A stretch of 63,972 nucleotides of DNA, filler included, from Octopus bimaculoides (lineage: Eukaryota): the NCBI RefSeq assembly GCF_001194135.2. It is 5 parts of 5 records of this genome, joined end to end, with 100 filler letters (N's around TTAATTAATTAA, not from the genome) between each part and the next. Parts side by side here need not be neighbours in the genome. Positions count along the whole stretch, not along the records: positions 1 to 26,315 come from NC_068990.1; positions 26,416 to 35,894 come from NC_069001.1; 3 more parts are not named here. One strand, written 5' to 3'. The position numbers were made by a program, and so were the translations under genes. Shown here piece by piece: positions 22,968 through 34,768 of this stretch. The notes under the pieces are model-generated. The model was not told where the DNA came from and did not search any database. It saw only the letters and a program-made list of their open reading frames with translations. Each line of letters starts with the position of its first letter. The stretch's first letter is position 1.

Positions 22968-25514
22968 AGTTCCTGGCTTTAAGGGTGTCGCGAAAGGTCC
23001 AGCTTGAGACCCAACTTTCCGAGTTCTTTCACAGGGCTTAGAAAAAAACAGAAAGACCGCTGCAATAAATGTGTGAATCTGAGAAGAGATTATGTTGAAT
23101 AAAATCATAATTAACTGATCCTCCTGTATATTCTTTTGCTCAAAGCCAGGAAGCTTTTCAACACCCCCTCGTACCGGAAGTCTGAGAATGGAAAGAGGGA
23201 AGAAAGGACCCGTAGCAAGTATAGTTTCCTGCTAGTGAATGAAAATGTATTTCTAGGGCTGCGTGTAGAAGTAACTAACGTTACAAGTGAACAATTAACA
23301 GAAGAATTTACTACTGCATATAATGTTTTCTCTGTTGGTTTTCTACTTTAATGGTTGATAGTTGCGTTAAGGAATTAAGCTGGTTTGAGTTCCAAAATAC
23401 GTGTGTATGTGAATAAAGGAAGAACGGAAAAACCAGAAGGATTAAATTCCACGATTTTTTTAACCTGTTAAAAATCATTAACATGGTAAGCTTGATGGAA
23501 TACATCTTGAAATATTCTGTCAGAAAATATACATAAGGTTTCTCATGCAGTTGGTTCTTGGTGATGTATGCGGTGTAGAACAGGAAAATAAATATGTGAC
23601 ATGACTTCTGCTGGAGGACAGGAACAAACGTAGACGTCGAAGCTACCGGAAGAATAAACTTGCTCTCGGTCGAGATCCGAAATCGACCGTGCTAACCCAC
23701 CTCACTGACTAATAGCGGGAAAATCTCTCCTTATATAGCTGATGGTGGGTTCCAGCGAACAGACATAAATTTCCCGCGCTCAGCTGGTCTGTCACGTGAT
23801 GAGATAGATGTTAAGCCCAACACGTGACCAGGTCACGCAGCCACTTGTAGAAAACATAGCGTATGAGCCGATATGCGCCTATTTAAAGGTGAACAAGCAA
23901 ACTGATATATACTTGCTATTCTATAAATATTAACACCAATAACTACATACCGGGACAGTCATACTGCTTGGGATTTATAATAAGTTAACTGATATAGCAA
24001 TCTGTGGCAGGTCCATCACAATTGGAAAACAATTGCACTATATTCATGACGACAAAATCTCTGTTTTCCATCTATCATTGGTTGGCGGTGAGTGAGAATG
24101 GAGATGTCGAGTGGCTGTCTCAACATACTGTGATTGCTGCCAAAAATCCACCTTTAAATAGGGCTCAATGAGAAAGTTCTAGAAAGTCGAATCCCACGAT
24201 TGCTTGACGCTGATTGGTCGCTTAATCGACCGATCATGTGAAACTGCGTTGGCTTGGTCGTGATGTCTATTCGGCTACCTAACGATTCTGTTTCGAATCT
24301 GCTACAGACCTTTAAACCGGAGGCTTGGCCCGAATGCTTGCAATAGACTGGACTCCGTTTAAGGCACTCACAGATTAGATGGGAGTGTTAAACAAGAGGA
24401 CGGATTAAGTGGCTACTACCGACATAGTTTATGATGAGACTTGAAATTAGAACAAAAGAGTCGTATCAAATACCGCAGGGAATCTTATGAAACGTTCTTA
24501 CGATACTGCCCTATACTGGTACTTTATTTCTAAACCCTGAAAAGAAGAAAGGTAGAATTGACTTTGGCAAGTTGAACTCAAAACGCAAGAAGCCGGAATA
24601 AATATCAATGCCCTAACGACTCAGTCAACACACTAACTGAAATCAATTTTATGGATTACCTCTGTTATAATCTTATATTTTGTGGTAATTTGTCAATGAG
24701 ACAGGCAGTTTATCTGTATAACTGGTGAAAGAATCAATAAAACGTCGGACAAAATTCCTGGCTATAATTAGTCCATCGCTTCACTTTTTGATTTTATATT
24801 CTGCTGACATCGATTCATGCCTTTTAGATAGTGATAAAATAAATGCTAGTTTAATATTGGTTAAATTTATAAAACACCCCTTATCGATTTCGGTGAGAAT
24901 TCTTTTTCTTTTTTGCGTGTTCTATCAACTAATCTGATCTCCAAACATGCTACAAAGGACTTTTTAACCGGAAAACGGAGGGGGATGAGACAGTACCTTG
25001 GGCTCCCCACAACCACCACCACCATCGGAGATTGCTTTACCTTGGATTTTTTTTTCTCGCGTGTTTTCAACGAATATAACCTCAAATCAATTGAAAGAGA
25101 AAGTATTTAGCGGCAAGTTCGGAGGTCGGATAAGTCAATAACACACGGAAAAACCGTTGATAACACACGAAAAGCCCCATGAAAAAAATAATTTCCCACC
25201 AAATGCGAAAATTCGATGGTCTCCCCCCTCTCCGCTCTCCTTTCTCCCTCCTTTTTCTACAAAGCTAGTCGTTTCCAATTGGTCTGGGGATCATATTCGT
25301 TGATAGCAGACGTAAAAAAAATAAAATTGGTAAAATGAAGGTTAAAATGGTAATGAAAATTCCGGAGGGGAGAGATTCGAGGTTTTCCTAAGTGGGAGTC
25401 TTTGCAGTAAGCTTTGAGGTCAAAGTCAATGATAGTACACGGTAAAGAACAAAAAAAATTATTATTTCACACTGACTGAAATTGAGAGAGGTTTTCTAAA
25501 AATGAAACCAAATA

Positions 25515-25690
25515 TTGGCACACTGCCAGCAATACATCGACCCCAGTGCTCAACTAGTACTTATTTCATCAACTCCAAAAAGATGAAAGGAAAAGCCGAC
25601 GGTAGCGACATTTGAACTCTGAACGCAAAGCTGGAACAAATGCAGTTAAGCAATGTCTCCAACGCGGTAACGATTCTGCCAGCTCGCTGT
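25515..25690 (-). mobile_element. SINE family B (related degenerate copies ~24495-24625 and 51445-51570, minus strand)
   Basis: Reverse complement ACAGCGAGCTGGCAGAATCGTTA..GTTCAGAGTTCAAAT..CTTTCATC..CACTGGGGTCGATGTA. Confidence 0.75.
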
Positions 25691-25797
25691 CTTAAAAACT
25701 TCTTCCTGTTGAGGTCTCTATAATCATAAGCGTATTGTATAAGAAGGTAAAGATCATAGCCCTCACCCCAAATAAATGGCTTTGCACCTTAGGTAGA

Positions 25798-26035
25798 ATG
25801 GAGACACGTGGCTTAGTGGTTAGGGCGTTGGATACATTATCGTAAGATTGCGGTTTCGGTTCCTGAACCGGGTGATGCGTTGTGTTCTTGAGCAAAACAC
25901 TTCATTTCACATTGCTCTTATCTACTCAGCTGGCAAGAATGAGAAATCCTGAAACGGACCGGTGTTCCATCCAGGTGTGGAATATATACGCCACGGAAAC
26001 CTTGGAACTGGCCCTATGAGTCTATATGACACGGG
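25798..26035 (+). mobile_element. SINE family C
   Basis: A box TGGCTTAGTGG, B-box-like GGTTTCGGTTCC, core GTTCTTGAGCAAAACACTTCATTTCACATTGCTC. Confidence 0.8.
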
Positions 26036-26079
26036 AAGGCTATTTAAACTTTTTTTTTTTTTTTTTTTTTTTACCTATA

Positions 26080-26315
26080 GGTGCAGGAGTGGCTGTGTGT
26101 TAAGTAGCTCGCTTCCAATCACATGGTTCTGGGTTCAGTCCCACTGCGTGACACCTTGGGCAAGTGTCTTCTGCTATACCCTCGGGCCGACCAAAGCCTT
26201 GTGAGTGGATTTGGTAGACCGAAACTGGAAGAAGCCCGTCGTATATGTATATATATATATGTATATGTATGTGTGTGTATATGTTTGTGCGTCTGTGTTT
26301 GTGTCCCTCCCACCC
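26080..26315 (+). mobile_element. SINE family A, 5' two-thirds (cut by gap)
   Basis: GCAGGAGTGGCTGTGTGTTAAG..GGGTTCAGTCCCACTGCGTG..GCCGACCAAAGCCTTGTGAGTGGATTTGGTAGAC. Confidence 0.9.
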
Positions 26316-26359
26316 NNNNNNNNNNNNNNNNNNNNNNNNNNNNNNNNNNNNNNNNNNNN

Positions 26360-26371
26360 TTAATTAATTAA
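26360..26371. other. Artificial TTAATTAATTAA spacer inside N-gaps (also 35939-35950, 55993-56004, 62717-62728)
   Basis: Identical 12-mer centred in ~100-nt N blocks four times; stop codons in all six frames. Confidence 0.9.
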
Positions 26372-26415
26372 NNNNNNNNNNNNNNNNNNNNNNNNNNNNN
26401 NNNNNNNNNNNNNNN

Positions 26416-26749
26416 GCAGTTACTGTTAATACTTCATTTAGAGAATTAACATTGCTTGTTTTCACCTTTTCGATATCAGTGAAGAATTTCACTGGAAAAG
26501 TAGATATAAGATTGCCAAGAATTTATCTCTCTCATCAAAGATCAGTGGCTATCGGACGCTGACGAAGGGAAATAACCCTGAAACCCGGGTCCGTTCGTGC
26601 TACAGATCATGATGGGAGGGATAACTTCCCTTGGCAAACAGGACACAGTAGTGTGTCGATAAGCCAGCTGGAGATATCCTCCTGGGGCTAAAAGCAACAG
26701 TAACATCCACCCCTAGGGGTCAGCCACACTTAAGTGGCAATATACTACA

Positions 26750-26750
<1 letters not shown>
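26416..26750 (+). repeat. Hammerhead-bearing repeat family, copy A (approximately one monomer)
   Basis: Aligns with the reverse complement of 12140-12371 and with 44790-45320. Confidence 0.85.
26553..26597 (+). ncRNA. Minimal type I hammerhead ribozyme fold
   Basis: CGGACG-CUGACGA-AGGG aaauaa CCCU-GAAA-CCCGG-GUC^-CGUUCG: intact core, 6-bp stem I, 4-bp stem II, palindromic stem III ACCCGGGU. Predicted cleavage after 26591. Confidence 0.88.
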
Positions 26751-26782
<32 letters not shown>

Positions 26783-27345
26783 GATAGATAGATATAGATA
26801 GATAGATAGATAGATATTTTTTAGTGTATTTACCTGTATTATAACTATAATTATGTATTTTACAGAATATTTAATGTATGCATATTAATATTGTTATTTC
26901 TTATATTTACCTTCTATGCTTTAATCTATCTTAATCTATAATACTAGATTATATTAATCTTATCTTACATTATAACCTATTCGCTATTTACTTGTATATT
27001 TGAACCTTTAATCTTTAATTTAATATTTTTCTTGTTGATATTAATCTCTACATTCTGTCTCAATAAGTATATGAATTTCCTCTCTTTGTAGCAAAATTAT
27101 CTAATAATTATTTCTTAATATCTTAATTAATCTCCCTTGTCATCTTAGAAAACTGTTCCATTGATTTATATTAAACTTATTCTCATTGTCTTCAATACTT
27201 TCTATGAATTCTGTTAAAATATTTACTTATATCTTCGAATTTCTAAACTTTTAAAATTTGATATCATTCATATATTTTTCTTGATATCAATCCCTATATT
27301 TCGTAAATATTATCTCTACGTACTTTTATTTCATTTTAATTTGTT

Positions 27346-27395
<50 letters not shown>

Positions 27396-28053
27396 TGTTA
27401 TTATTATCATTTTCTCTATTTTTACGATCTCTTATTTCGTAGTTTTTAGTAATATATATCTGTTCTTTTATTGTACTAGTAATATTTACTTAGTTACTTT
27501 TTAGTTATATTATTAGAATTCCCTTCCATTTATTAAACAAACGTCTTATTATTGTATATCAATTTTATTGTCTTCCATAATCTTTTGAATATTGATTTTG
27601 CATTATTGTAATGTTACGTCGAGAATTTAGTATTTAACAAAGACTTTCTTTCGCCTGAGGTCGTAACTTAAACTCTGCATTATTTTGAAAAATTGTTTTG
27701 CATTTTGCATTAACACAGACATGTAAGTAATTTATTTATCATTAAATATAACATTATAAGTTATTTACATGTTTTAAAGTTACGAAACAATTTCTCGTGA
27801 TATTTGAATTTTGTTATTGTTAAATAAAATGTCATCAAACTATTTCTCTGTCATTTATGACTTTATTCACTCCATATCTTTTCCCCTTGTATCGTATAAT
27901 ATATCCTATGGTTTGGAGAATGATAGGTTAAGGAGTATTACCGGTTTACTTGAATCCATATACCATGACTTAAATTTATGTGTGTGTGCGTGGAGAGAGG
28001 AAGAGACAGACAGACAGACAAGACGCATCATTCAGATTGCAAAACAGATTGTT

Positions 28054-28427
28054 CAGGAGTGGCTGTGTGGTAAGTAGCTTGGTTACGAACCACATGGTTC
28101 CGGGTTGATTCCCACTGCGTGGAACCTTGGGCAACCAAAGCTTTGTGAGTGGATTTGGTAGACGGAAACTGAAAGAAGCCTGTCGTATATATGTATATAT
28201 ATATATGTTTGTGTGTGAGTGTGTTTGTCCCCCCAACATCGCTTGACAACCGATGGTGGTATGTTTATGTCCCCGTAACTTAGCGGTTCGCAAAAGCGAC
28301 CGATAGAATAAGTACTAGGCTTACAAAGAATAAGTCCTGGGGTCGATTTGCTCGACTAAAGGTGGTGCTTCAACATGGCCGCAGTCAAATGACTGAAACA
28401 AGTAAAAAGGTAAAAGAGTAAAGAATC
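28054..28427 (+). mobile_element. SINE family A, full length
   Basis: tRNA-like head (TGGCTGTGTGG; GGGTTGATTCC), internal (TA/TG)n, conserved tail ending in AAAAGAGT repeats. Confidence 0.9.
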
Positions 28428-29559
28428 AATGAAATGAAGTTAACCAATCATATTTATTGTAGTCACCGTCATTGACATCTTTTATCATGTTCGGAACTAC
28501 CGTTTCATCGTCATCTTCACCCTTTTTGTTACTATTATCCTCACCCTGTTCACTACAAGTTTCTTTATTATCATCTTCACAATATGTACATCATCATCAT
28601 CATGTTCATCACTGCTATGACCATCGTAATCATCATCATCTCGAGCCAATGATGGAAGTAGTACGCGGTCGCTCGACTAACTAGAGATTACATTAAAAGA
28701 ACCCGGAACCACGTGATTGCACATAAACAAAACTTTCTTAACTTCCCAACCATACCCTTAAATAGAGGAAGACCTAGAAGTACACCTATCACCAGATGAT
28801 AATACAGATAACAAAGCTACTGTATGACCCCTGAATGACGTCAACGGGTGGAGATTGTTTCAATAAAGGGTCATCTATATTCCATCAGTGTTTATTTTAA
28901 AAAGACAAATTAATCTGTTCGATATTTGAGATTAGCTAATAATCCATTGAGACGGAAATAGTGAAAAGTGAATAAATTTTCTAGATCTGAAGAATCTGTC
29001 CGCTGATAAACATAAAATTATTTAGTCGGGTTCACAGATGCCACTCCTGCTTAAATATGGTAACAAAGGTCTGTAAACAGGAGCAAAACGAACAATTGCT
29101 TACATTGCTTACATTTTTACCTTGTATTTCTTTTCATATTTCGGGTTTAAACGCCTCTTACAAAGGAAACTGTGTCAAACAGATCAAAATGACTGAGCAT
29201 ATAATTATTACTGCATTTTACAGTGTTTTGAATAGAATTGTTTATATATTTGTCAATATATATGTAACCTGAGATTGGACATGACTGAGCAGATCTATAA
29301 CCAAATGTGTTCTAACCGTGACCATCTTGTGTATTGGCGTTTTTCTGGTTTTGATTCTGAGATATAATGTGTGTAGGATTTCATTATTCAGTGTTTCTTT
29401 CTTTGTTGTTGTTGTTATCGTTAAGCACAATACAAGACGCGATTCTGCTTGCCCTTGATCAAATATTCCAGGCTTGACAATCTTGTTTTTCTTTCGATTA
29501 TTGTGTACCTGGGGTACATCTGGAATGTTGCCTGAGGTACATAGTTCTCTAACAATCGG

Positions 29560-30500
29560 TAATATAGTTAGTGGATATATTCTATAATTAGAGTGGGTAC
29601 AAATGATAACTTTCTCGGAGGTGCTGGTGGCCTTTAACCGACAACAATTAACTGAATTATTTGCTGCGGGAATTTTCAACAGAGTACTATGGAGAACTCC
29701 CCGAAGGTTTGGAATTGTTAAAAGAGAGGTATCGCTGGTTCGGAATATACTGTACAGAAACTTGTGTGCCGTAAGGCAGCGAGCTGGCAGAAGCGTTAAC
29801 ACGCCAGGCGAAATGCTTTGCGGTTTTTCGTCTGCCGCTACGTTCTGAGTTCAAATTCCGCCGAGGTTGACTTTACCTTTCATCCTTTCGGGGTCGATTA
29901 AATAAGTACCAGTTACGCACTGGGGTCGATGTAATCGACTTAATTTGTTTATGTCCTTGTTTGTCCCCTCTGCGTGTAGCCCCTTATGGGTAGTAAAGAA
30001 ATAAGAAACTTGTGTGCCGTCAACCGGCGGCTTATTTAAAGTACTATCAGCAGCAAAATCCTTCTACACGCCCTCGTTTAATGCTCGACCTTTGATGACA
30101 CGAGGAGTTATGCTGTAGTATGAAGGGTAAATTGTGGATCAGATAGATTCATCAGTAGTATCAATCCTTTGTCTTCCTCTGTCTGATGACTACTGAGGAA
30201 AGAAGTACTGTAGACATGATTAAAGGGACTGAAGAAAGGGATACTCCTCTTCGTTCAAGCTGCCCCATTAACTTCTTCACTTACCACTACGAGGGGAAAA
30301 ATTTAGAATTAAGATGTACGTACTGATCGGCAGTAAATTTGCCGAGAGGTAGGGGAGGGTGAAAGTTGGCATGAATGGGATCAGTGAATGAGCCAACCTC
30401 TCAGCACACCATTGACTCGGAGAGCATTGCAAAGAGGGGCACTTGCATGAAGGGAGAATCAAAAGTTTGTGAATTTTCTCTTTGATCCCAGATAGCAACC
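29560..30500 (-). mobile_element. Highly degenerate CR1/Jockey-group LINE RT fragment, interrupted by a SINE
   Basis: SNYRIYPLTILPIV (SNYRPISLLP-like) and DFAADSTLN..PP remnants; heavily frameshifted. Confidence 0.4.
29773..30003 (+). mobile_element. SINE family B, full length with 17-bp TSD
   Basis: TSD AGAAACTTGTGTGCCGT at 29756-29772 and 30004-30020; head AAGGCAGCGAGCTGGCAGAAGCGTTA, B box GAGTTCAAATTCC. Confidence 0.95.
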
Positions 30501-30736
30501 CCTCATTGTGGATGTTTCAATTCCCTTTTCTTATATGCTATTTTCCATAACTGTTTTCTCGTATTTGTTTTAAAGTAAACTTCCTTCCTTTTTGCGTTTT
30601 GTAAATGTAATGTACCCTCGTCCGCCATCCTTGTACTACAACTACTACTACTACTACTACTACAACTACTACAACTACTACTACTGCTACTACTGTTACT
30701 ACTACTACTACTACTACTACCACTACTACTACTACT

Positions 30737-30960
30737 AAGGCAGTGAGCTGGCAGACTCGTTAGCACGCAGGGTGAAATGCTCCGCTGCATTTCGTCCGTC
30801 TTAACGTTCTGAGTTCAAATTCCGACGGGGTCGACTTTGCCTTTCATCCATTTGGAGACGATAAAGTAAGTGCCAGTGAAACACTGGGGTCGATGTAATC
30901 GACTCGACCCCTCCCCGAAAATTTCATGCCTTGTGCCTTTAGTAGAAAGGATTATTATTA
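30737..30960 (+). mobile_element. SINE family B variant in a (TAC)n tract (further copy ~36372-36550)
   Basis: AAGGCAGTGAGCTGGCAGACTCGTTAGCAC..TTCTGAGTTCAAATTCCG..CACTGGGGTCGATGTAATCGAC, (ATT)n tail. Confidence 0.85.
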
Positions 30961-31310
30961 TTATCATTATTACCGTTAGGGGAAGTAGACAGGATATTTA
31001 ATCTTCAATTTCAATTCCACTTGCCGAACCGTCAAATAGTTACAGTTAGGAACCGGATAAACCTGGTTGGTTCATTATTTAGTGTCAAGTTCCTCTATCC
31101 AAGGAAGCTCACTTTGTGTTTACAGTCAGATGGGACTTGAAACTCCAAGTAAATAATATAAGAATTAGTCGGCTGCTGTTACATCGAAATTTGCGTCTAG
31201 CAGCGGTAGCTGGCCATTCCTGAAGAATTAACTCAGTAACACTAAGACCTATTATTGTTGTCATGGGAATGGCCAATTGATTAATTAAGGGTACCATTAC
31301 ACGCAAACGC

Positions 31311-31364
<54 letters not shown>

Positions 31365-33184
31365 CATTTACACATCTCCCGGCAAAAAGAACGAAAAATT
31401 TACAAAGCAATACCGAAAAAAGACCTGGTTAAGTGAAAATGGTGGTGGATCTCCGTTGATCGACGAAGATGATTCACTTATCCAAATCAATTGATTTACT
31501 TGCTTCTGCATTAACTTTTTAGCTTTCACATTAATCTGTCAAATGTAATGTTTTTGTTATTCACACTGCTTTCAATTAATCCTGCATTATCTTGAAGCTT
31601 TGAGATTTTGATGAGCTAACTGTTGATTTTTAGAATGATATCGTAGAGTTAATATTTGGGGTCAGATATGGCCTGTTTAAACACTAAAAGCTTACTGCAT
31701 ATATGGCTGAGTATTCCACAGACATTTGTACTCTCAAGCAAAATTAGCGTGAAGACAAAGCTGTACTTTTTGAATTACAAGTACAATCATCAGGAGCGCT
31801 ACCATGCAGTTTTCACCCACATAATTTCATTGGAGGGCTTTAGGGCGACTCGAGATTATAGTTGTTCATTAATTCGTTAGTAACTAAACTAAAATGATAA
31901 TTTCTAATTCTCATAATTAGCTGTAGGTAAATACACTTGGTGAATTGCTGATAAGTAGTGAGTGAAATATTACTACAAAGCATTTTTATCGTACCTTACA
32001 GACCGATGGCTGATCACCAGAATCACTGGAGTTTAGTATGAAACGTTTTGGCACAGCTGTTTTGGCGATGCTTATTTGGCGTCGTAGATTCGACACTGAC
32101 CTATTTGACCTCAGACGTTTTAACGCTTCTCTCTTTCTCGTTCTCTCCTATCCCGTCTATGTCTCTCCCTGTTTTTTCTCCTTTTCTTTTTCTCCCCTTC
32201 TATCTCTGTCTATCTACCTCTTTCTCTCTTTATGTGTGTGAGATGGAAAGTGTTTATGTCAATCATGTCCAATTAATAAATTCTACCGTCTCTCTCTTTC
32301 TTCTTCACCCTCTCCCTCACTACTTCTATCTGTATGTATATATATTTCTGCATGTGTGTGTGTTTGCTTCCAGTGCCAAAAAGTACCGACACCAAAATCG
32401 GCTGCGAAAATGTACTGACACCAAAAGTCGTGCCAAATCGTCAGTGTCCACACAACCGCATCCCATTGTCTCATTTCAGTATTGTCTGTATACTGTTGCT
32501 ATGTAATTTCCCCCACTTCATGAGCTGCTAAACACGAGTTTTTCACCAGAAAAATGTATCGGATGTACAGTATTTCTCTCTGTCAATGACACACCGGCCT
32601 CAAAGACCGCCCCAATATGTATTTGAAGATTTCAAAAAATGATAAAACAAAAAACAAGGTTACTCTATTATCACACGCAAAATGTTTTGTGAGTGACTTA
32701 GGTGACCCATATAGATCTTATTGCTCACGTAATGACTATATTTTTCATTCTACGATTACACTACAGATACAATAGATTTAATACGGATAACACTTCTGGG
32801 ACATACGTCAAAATATCCATACATGTCTGAGTAAAATATAAACAGTTAAATAAATAAATTAATATAGGAGCTTCGACGCTGGGAAATAAAATATTAACAT
32901 ATAAACAAAATGCTGTGGACACGTTTGGATAAGTGGACTCTGTTACATATTTTGTTATTACATGCGATGATTCTAAATAAAGCGTGTTGCTGCATGTGGT
33001 TAAATAAAATAGATTAATTAATTAGAAATAATTAAGAATTCATTAACATTGATTTAATTTGTTAACAGCTGCCAAAGGCTATGTTTACATAGAGCTTTAT
33101 TAGATACGTTTACAGGGACACATGTGAGTTTATGAATGAATATATCGTTATGTATATAATAGAGGAGGTGTATTTCTATGCAGG

Positions 33185-33606
33185 AAAAAATATTGGAAAA
33201 TTTGTTGCTGAAAATGCACCTAAGTTTGAAAGACTTGTAATTAGTTTTGAATACATACATACATACATACATACATACATACATACATACCAAACTAGTT
33301 TCAACAATACTTTTTGTTTCTCAATGGTAAAAATTTAAAGTAATGAATTAGAGAAACATGTTTAAAAGTTTCAATGGTTACAAGTTTCAATAATATGAAA
33401 TATGATTTAAACGTCATTGAATGTTATGAATAATATGAAATCATATTTCATAATATTGAAACTTCTAAACATGTTTTTCTAATTCATAATTTTAAATTTT
33501 TACCATTGAAACCAAAAATATTGTTGAAACAAGTTTGGTACATATGTAAATAAATTTATTTAAAAACAATGAAAAGTTTTTCAAATTTAGGTGCATTCAA
33601 AATTTC

Positions 33607-33612
<6 letters not shown>
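33185..33612. mobile_element. ~420 bp imperfect palindrome, foldback MITE
   Basis: Arms pair around ~33420, e.g. AATGCACCTAAGTTTGAAA/TTTCAAATTTAGGTGCATT and ACCAAACTAGTTTCAACAATA/TATTGTTGAAACAAGTTTGGT. Confidence 0.75.
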
Positions 33613-33640
<28 letters not shown>

Positions 33641-34190
33641 AAATGAAATGAAAATGGAGCCATAAGATGTTATTGACACACTCGTAGAAGTGCACTACGT
33701 CTTGTAGCAGAACCAGCTGTAAGATAATGAAGTCCATAATATAACCGTTTTCCGTTTTTCATCTCGTTTTCTTATTGCCACTCTATACTCGTCTAACATT
33801 TTACTCTAAAGCATACGTATATTGAGTTTTGCACCAGGTTATTAGTCTCGCATTGCCTAAGAATATATATATATATATATATATATATATTACAGACAAG
33901 AAGGCAATATTCCGAACGCACTATACCCGTGAAAATAGTAGAAAGATTGGGTATTTACCCTTATGAGACGGAAAAAGTTACCAGCCCGTGGGAAATATCC
34001 AATCTTTCTACTGTTTTGACGGCTATGGTGCGTTCGAAATATTACTTCCTTGTCTGTAAAGTACGAAATACTTTCGACGTTTCCAGATAACAAAGTGTCT
34101 TTACAAAATGTTACACACACACACACGCACACATACATTCATACATACATATATATACGTACGCACGTATAAACAGACAGACAGACAGAC

Positions 34191-34234
<44 letters not shown>

Positions 34235-34717
34235 GCATTATTGATAACATACTAGAAGAGTTATATGTGAGTGAAGTACCGACCCACGACTGATGCTTTT
34301 AAATGGCGGTGTGATACATCTTCCAGTCTGGCTTATTCAAGATAGACTGTAGACGGTAGTAACTTAAATGGCCACCATACTTAATGTGACTAACACGAGA
34401 AGTGTGTTCTGTGTCGGTGAGAAATAAACAACATTGTGCAATTCTTAATTGTTTGTTTTGGGTTTACAAAGATGTACGTTACGCTTATTTGGGGAGAGTC
34501 ACCATTCTGGTTACAAAGTAGCGTATAGTAGAAAGATCTAACCAACACTGCTCATCTTAAAGTAACCAACACTGCTCATCATGCAGGCCAAGTAGAATTT
34601 TGAATTGAATAAATCTCTCTCATTTATTTGTTCGTATCTTCTATGAGGTGTTATTTAATGTGCGAGAATTTAATCTCTTATTCTACTACCAAACAATTTG
34701 GCTGAGAGTCCTCCGCC

Positions 34718-34768
<51 letters not shown>

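Larger units (their letters stand above)
22451..23173 (+). mobile_element. Non-autonomous mariner element interrupted by a nested insertion
   Basis: TA..TA flanks. Left TIR TACGAGGAAGTGCCGAAAAGTTCCTGG|CTTT; right TIR reverse complement TACGAGGGGGTGTTGAAAAGCTTCCTGGCTTT. C-terminal remnant DRCNKCVNLRRDYVE*. Confidence 0.85.

Noticed and set aside
25410-25432. AGGTCAAAGTCA nuclear-receptor DR1-like site
   Set aside because: Single short motif expected by chance; no supporting context.
26360-26371. TTAATTAATTAA palindrome recurring four times between N runs
   Set aside because: Identical, centred in fixed-size gaps; scaffolding spacer, not biology.
28054-28130. tRNA-like A/B boxes
   Set aside because: They are SINE heads followed by SINE bodies; no complete cloverleaf, so no tRNA genes are called.
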